Below, piece after piece: positions 60,192 through 64,000 of a DNA stretch of 64,000 nucleotides (positions are counted from its first letter, which is position 1; each line of letters begins with the position of its first letter). Origin of the DNA: an uncultured Clostridium sp. (GTDB lineage Bacteria > Bacillota > Clostridia > TANB77 > CAG-508); assembly GCA_947651825.1 (NCBI GenBank), contig CANTAQ010000001.1:483670-547669 (forward strand). The letters run 5' to 3'. Made by a program: the position numbers and the translations under genes. The notes below the pieces were generated by a model. It worked only from the letters and a program-made list of their open reading frames with translations, did no database searches and was not told the origin of the DNA.

Positions 60192-60890
60192 TTATTCACT
60201 TATTTTTATTAAATCAAAATCTAGATAATCTGAACTTACCATTTGTATTTCAATTCCATCTATTATTCCTTGCCTTGCTTCTTTTTGAGATTCTCCATGT
60301 ATATGCCCATAGATACATTTTTTTACATTGAATTCCTTCATTGTTTTTATAAAGTTCAAATCTATTTCTTCATAACTATTAAAAGGTGGATAATGCATGC
60401 ATACTATTATCTCTTTATCTTCTCCATATTTTTCTATTCCCTCTTTTAAAGATAATTTTAATCTAATGTTTTCTCTTCTTATTATCTTTTCTGGTTGTTC
60501 TTCTTGTTCTGACCATCCACGTGTTCCTGCTATAATCTTGTTATCAAAAAAGTAACTATTATTATATAGAAAATCTATATTTTCAAATTTATGTTCCTCT
60601 AAAAATTCCTTAATTTTTTTCAGAGTTGTCCACCAATAATCGTGGTTGCCTTTAAGCAAAAGTTTTTTTCCTGGCAAGTTATTTATAAATTCAAAATCTT
60701 TTACAGTTTCCTCTAAGTACATTGCCCATGAGAAATCACCTGGCAGTAATACTAAGTCTTTCTCTTTTACTTTGCTTATCCAACTTTCTTTTATTTTCTC
60801 TTCATGTTTTATCCAATTATCTCCAAAAATATCCATCTGTTTTTCTATTCCTAAAGATAAGTGCAAATCCGAAATAGCATAAATTGCCAT
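60192..60890 (-). CDS. Calcineurin-like metallophosphoesterase
   Basis: SDLH, GD.SW, GNHDYW, HYPP, YGH.H. Confidence 0.88.
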   Translation of the reverse strand: MAIYAISDLHLSLGIEKQMDIFGDNWIKHEEKIKESWISKVKEKDLVLLPGDFSWAMYLEETVKDFEFINNLPGKKLLLKGNHDYWWTTLKKIKEFLEEHKFENIDFLYNNSYFFDNKIIAGTRGWSEQEEQPEKIIRRENIRLKLSLKEGIEKYGEDKEIIVCMHYPPFNSYEEIDLNFIKTMKEFNVKKCIYGHIHGESQKEARQGIIDGIEIQMVSSDYLDFDLIKISE

Positions 60891-61888
60891 TAGTTCCCTC
60901 CTATCTTTAAATTAGGTACTGCATTTAAATTTAAAGATGATACTTTTCCATTCATGTAATTGTTGTATCCTGCAGCTGCAATCATTGCTGCATTATCTGT
61001 ACATAGTTTTATATCTGGATAAAATACTTTAATGTTTTTCTTTTCTGCCATCTTGCTAAATTCTTTTCTAATATATGAATTAGCTGATACCCCTCCTGCT
61101 AATACAACATTTTTTAATTTTGTCGCTTCTATAGCTTTTTCTACATTTTCTATTAGCATTTCTGTTGTTACTTTCTCAAAGCTTGCACACAAGTCAGGCT
61201 TGTTAATATTTGGATTTTTATGGTTTAAATTTATTACAGCTGTTTTTATACCGCTGAAACTAAAATTTAACCCTTCTATATTAGATTTTGGCAATGCTAT
61301 ATTGGCAGTTCCTTCATAAGCAAGTTTATCTATCTTAGGTCCTCCTGGATATCCTAATCCCACTACTCTTGCAACTTTATCATATGCTTCTCCTATTGCA
61401 TCATCTTTAGTTCTACCTATTATTTCAAAATCTGTATAATCATTTACCTTTACTAAATGTGTATGTCCTCCTGATATTATTAAACATAAAAATGGAGGTT
61501 TTAACTCTTCATATGTTAAATAATTTGCTGCAATATGTCCTTCTATATGGTTAACTCCTATTAATGGCTTTTCCATAGCATAACTTAGCCCTTTTGCATA
61601 TGATACACCTACTAATAACGCTCCTACTAAGCCTGGTCCATATGTTGTACATACTGCATCAATATCACTATATGTTTTTCCAGCTTTTTTTAACGCCTCT
61701 TTTACTACTTGGTTTATTACTTCAACATGACATCTTGACGCTATTTCTGGAACAACTCCTCCATATATTGTATGTATGTCTATTTGTGAATTAATTATAT
61801 TAGATAAAATTTTTCTTCCATTTACAACAACTGCTGCTGATGTCTCATCACAGCTTGTCTCAATTCCTAATGTTATTACATCTTTCAT
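60890..61888 (-). CDS. tsaD: tRNA N6-adenosine threonylcarbamoyltransferase
   Basis: [39 protein letters not shown]. Confidence 0.96.
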   Translation of the reverse strand: MKDVITLGIETSCDETSAAVVVNGRKILSNIINSQIDIHTIYGGVVPEIASRCHVEVINQVVKEALKKAGKTYSDIDAVCTTYGPGLVGALLVGVSYAKGLSYAMEKPLIGVNHIEGHIAANYLTYEELKPPFLCLIISGGHTHLVKVNDYTDFEIIGRTKDDAIGEAYDKVARVVGLGYPGGPKIDKLAYEGTANIALPKSNIEGLNFSFSGIKTAVINLNHKNPNINKPDLCASFEKVTTEMLIENVEKAIEATKLKNVVLAGGVSANSYIRKEFSKMAEKKNIKVFYPDIKLCTDNAAMIAAAGYNNYMNGKVSSLNLNAVPNLKIGGN

Positions 61889-61988
61889 CTTTTATCTCAT
61901 CCCTTTTTCATAAGTATTTTATCAGTATTTGCTTATATTGTCAAGATTTCTAGCTATTTTGACTTTTCTAAATATTATTAAACCAAAC

Positions 61989-62025
61989 ATAAAATACACA
62001 GATTTTTTATATCTGTGTATTTTAT
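61989..62025 (-). terminator. Terminator after the serpin gene
   Basis: ATAAAATACACAGAT...ATCTGTGTATTTTAT. Confidence 0.75.
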
Positions 62026-62030
62026 ATTTT

Positions 62031-63338
62031 TTAATATCTAACTCTATAACTTGTTTTGTCATCATCCCAAGAATTTGGTTCATATACAGTTCCCACAAAC
62101 CATAATTCAGATGTGTTTTTATCTCTAATTAAATATATAAAAGGATTGTCTATTTTTACTTCTTCTGGTTTTTCTTCTTCTCCTACCATAGCAGAACTAG
62201 TTTCCATTATAAATACTGTCACAGCTGCAGCTTTGACTCCCTTTTCGGTAAAATCTATATTTGCCTTATGTATTGCCTCCCCTACAAAAAGATCTTCCAC
62301 ATTTGATATTCCTGAAAAATCTGCTAATTCATAGTCAAATGCATCTGTAATTCCTAATTTTTTCAAATCTTCTTCCAAATCTAACTCATAATCAAATGAA
62401 AATTTTGGAATTGAAATCTTCAATCCATTTTTAGTTGCAGAAGCAGGTTTTAAATTTTCTATAATATTATCTACATTCTCCTTTGTCAATGTTTCTATAT
62501 ACTCTGGCAAATTATTATTTGGCATTATTGCAACAAACTCTAAGTCAGTTCCTTCGTATGTGTCTAAGTCCATTGATAATGCTGTTACCTTATCATCTTT
62601 ATAATATGCTGCTGCTCCACTGCTTGTTTCTTTATGTAGCATAGTTGCACTCATTGTACTTCCATCTTCTAATTTGAATTCTTCCCCATATGTTTTCGCT
62701 GTATCAAACATATTCTTCCATTCCATATCTATAGCTAATGCATTTATTAATGCCAATCTATTATTTGGATCTGTTACTTGTTCATCTGATAATACATTTT
62801 TTATTTGTCCTAAAGTTTTATTTTCTATCCATTTATTAATATTTCTAGCACTTTTAAATCCATCATATTTAATCTCTGCATTATACTTATTTTCTAAAGC
62901 TTCTACATAATATTCATTTATAATTTCTTCATAAGCATCCCTGATAAATACTCCATTTGCAAGTGATAATACTTCATCTATATTTTCATATTTTGTCAAT
63001 GTTGTATCTTTTAAAACTTTTTCAATTTGTTCTTTAGTTGTTCCATTTGCTCCCTCTTTAAGCATAGATAAAGCATATTTTATTGATAAAGGACTATATA
63101 TCATATTTTGTTTTTGATTTTCTAATTTTAAAAAACTTAATTCAATATCTGCTGTTGTATTTTCTTCTACAATATTACTCTCTTGCATTTCATTAATACC
63201 ATTAATTACATTACTCTCTTTTTCGCTTTTTCCCTTATTCTTAAGCATTACTATCATTGTAATAATTCCCGCAATTATTACAACAGCAATAAATATTAAA
63301 GTTACTAATCTTATTTGGATTTGTTTATGTCCTCCCAT
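62031..63338 (-). CDS. Membrane-anchored serpin
   Basis: N-terminal TM; SPLSI, IN.W....T.G.I, NA....W...F, IPKF, hinge EKGVKAAAVT, PF.Y.I.D.....F.G. Confidence 0.92.
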   Translation of the reverse strand: MGGHKQIQIRLVTLIFIAVVIIAGIITMIVMLKNKGKSEKESNVINGINEMQESNIVEENTTADIELSFLKLENQKQNMIYSPLSIKYALSMLKEGANGTTKEQIEKVLKDTTLTKYENIDEVLSLANGVFIRDAYEEIINEYYVEALENKYNAEIKYDGFKSARNINKWIENKTLGQIKNVLSDEQVTDPNNRLALINALAIDMEWKNMFDTAKTYGEEFKLEDGSTMSATMLHKETSSGAAAYYKDDKVTALSMDLDTYEGTDLEFVAIMPNNNLPEYIETLTKENVDNIIENLKPASATKNGLKISIPKFSFDYELDLEEDLKKLGITDAFDYELADFSGISNVEDLFVGEAIHKANIDFTEKGVKAAAVTVFIMETSSAMVGEEEKPEEVKIDNPFIYLIRDKNTSELWFVGTVYEPNSWDDDKTSYRVRY

Positions 63339-63494
63339 TACAATATCCTCCTATTAATATCATTTTTCTTTTGTTTTTTTACAAAATCATTATTATTATA
63401 CCATTAAATTTTATATTTTACTACAAAAAAATTAAAATTATTCAATGATAATATTCATAAAATCTCTTAAAATGAAAATTTTTACAAAAAACTA

Positions 63495-63523
63495 TTGACA
63501 GATGCTTAAAAATTTAGTATACT
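63495..63523 (+). promoter_or_regulatory. Sigma-A promoter of the tRNA cluster
   Basis: TTGACA-17 nt-TATACT. Confidence 0.8.
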
Positions 63524-63541
63524 AATTTCTGTCGAAAGAAT

Positions 63542-63617
63542 GGGCGCATAGCTCAGCTGGTAGAGCATCTGCCTTACAAGCAGGAGGTCATAGGTTCGAG
63601 CCCTATTGCGCCCACCA
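63542..63617 (+). tRNA. tRNA-Val(TAC)
   Basis: Cloverleaf, anticodon TAC, TTCGA T-loop, encoded CCA. Confidence 0.96.
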
Positions 63618-63624
63618 TTTTTTT

Positions 63625-63701
63625 GGCCCGGTAGTTCAGTTGGTTAGAACGCTAGCCTGTCACGCTAGAGGTCGACGGTTCGAGCCCGTTCCGGGTCGCC
63701 A
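63625..63701 (+). tRNA. tRNA-Asp(GTC)
   Basis: Cloverleaf, anticodon GTC, encoded CCA. Confidence 0.96.
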
Positions 63702-63737
63702 TTATTTTTTAATAACGGCGATTTATTTTTATATAAT

Positions 63738-63813
63738 GCCTCGATAGCTCAGTTGGTAGAGCAAGGGACTGAAAATCCCTGTGTCACTGGTTCGATTCCC
63801 GTTCGAGGCACCA
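63738..63813 (+). tRNA. tRNA-Phe(GAA)
   Basis: Cloverleaf, anticodon GAA, encoded CCA. Confidence 0.96.
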
Positions 63814-63816
63814 CTA

Positions 63817-63845
63817 AAAGTAGAGATGAAAACCTCTACTTTTTT
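63817..63845 (+). terminator. Terminator after the tRNA cluster
   Basis: AAAAGTAGAG...CTCTACTTTTTT. Confidence 0.75.
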
Positions 63846-64000
63846 ATTATATTTTAATGAAATTTCCTATACTTCTATCTTTTCTCCTAGAAATATCGAA
63901 TATATATATGTATGTGTAACTTTTCTTTCTAATGCCTGTTCTATTGCCCTTTTATATAAGCTTAATTGTTCTTTATATTTTTCTTTCAAATAATTATTAT

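Noticed and set aside
63530-63536. TGTCGAA (Spo0A box) at the tRNA transcription start
   Set aside because: A single 7-mer in a typical stable-RNA start region; likely chance.
63781-63993. 70-aa ORF at the window end
   Set aside because: Overlaps tRNA-Phe and its terminator; spurious.

Overview
64 kb of low-GC chromosome from a spore-forming, probably gut-dwelling Clostridia-type Firmicute (SASP, SpoVS, Spo0E-like, PdaB-like genes). Almost all genes are on the - strand. Positions 160-14389 hold an uncharacterised Tad/Flp-like filament locus: SAF/CpaB-like, two degenerate MinD/CpaE-like proteins, a CpaF/TadA ATPase, a fused TadB/C-like platform, a paralogous array of leaderless 'MENA' pilin-like proteins, a VWA protein and a large adhesin-like protein. 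The rest is mostly housekeeping (dut, hisS, relA, recJ, trmB, divIVA, sepF, adhE, topB, ftsW, mraY, murE, lgt, rpsU, clpC, thrS, rsmA, tsaD, tRNA-Val/Asp/Phe). It also has a MurL-like epimerase, a class D sortase next to a thioester/SpaA adhesin ending in a bare LPKTGF, a serpin and one GC-richer foreign-looking gene. Main observation: two unrelated genes (the TadA-like ATPase and a YjjX-like NTPase) are each split by a +1 frameshift that can be placed at an in-frame CGG codon (C-GGN, resuming as Gly). By manual scan these are the only in-frame CGG codons in the native genes. This suggests a lineage-specific CGG-triggered +1 recoding mechanism, but assembly error has not been excluded. All product calls come from motif recognition, not database searches.
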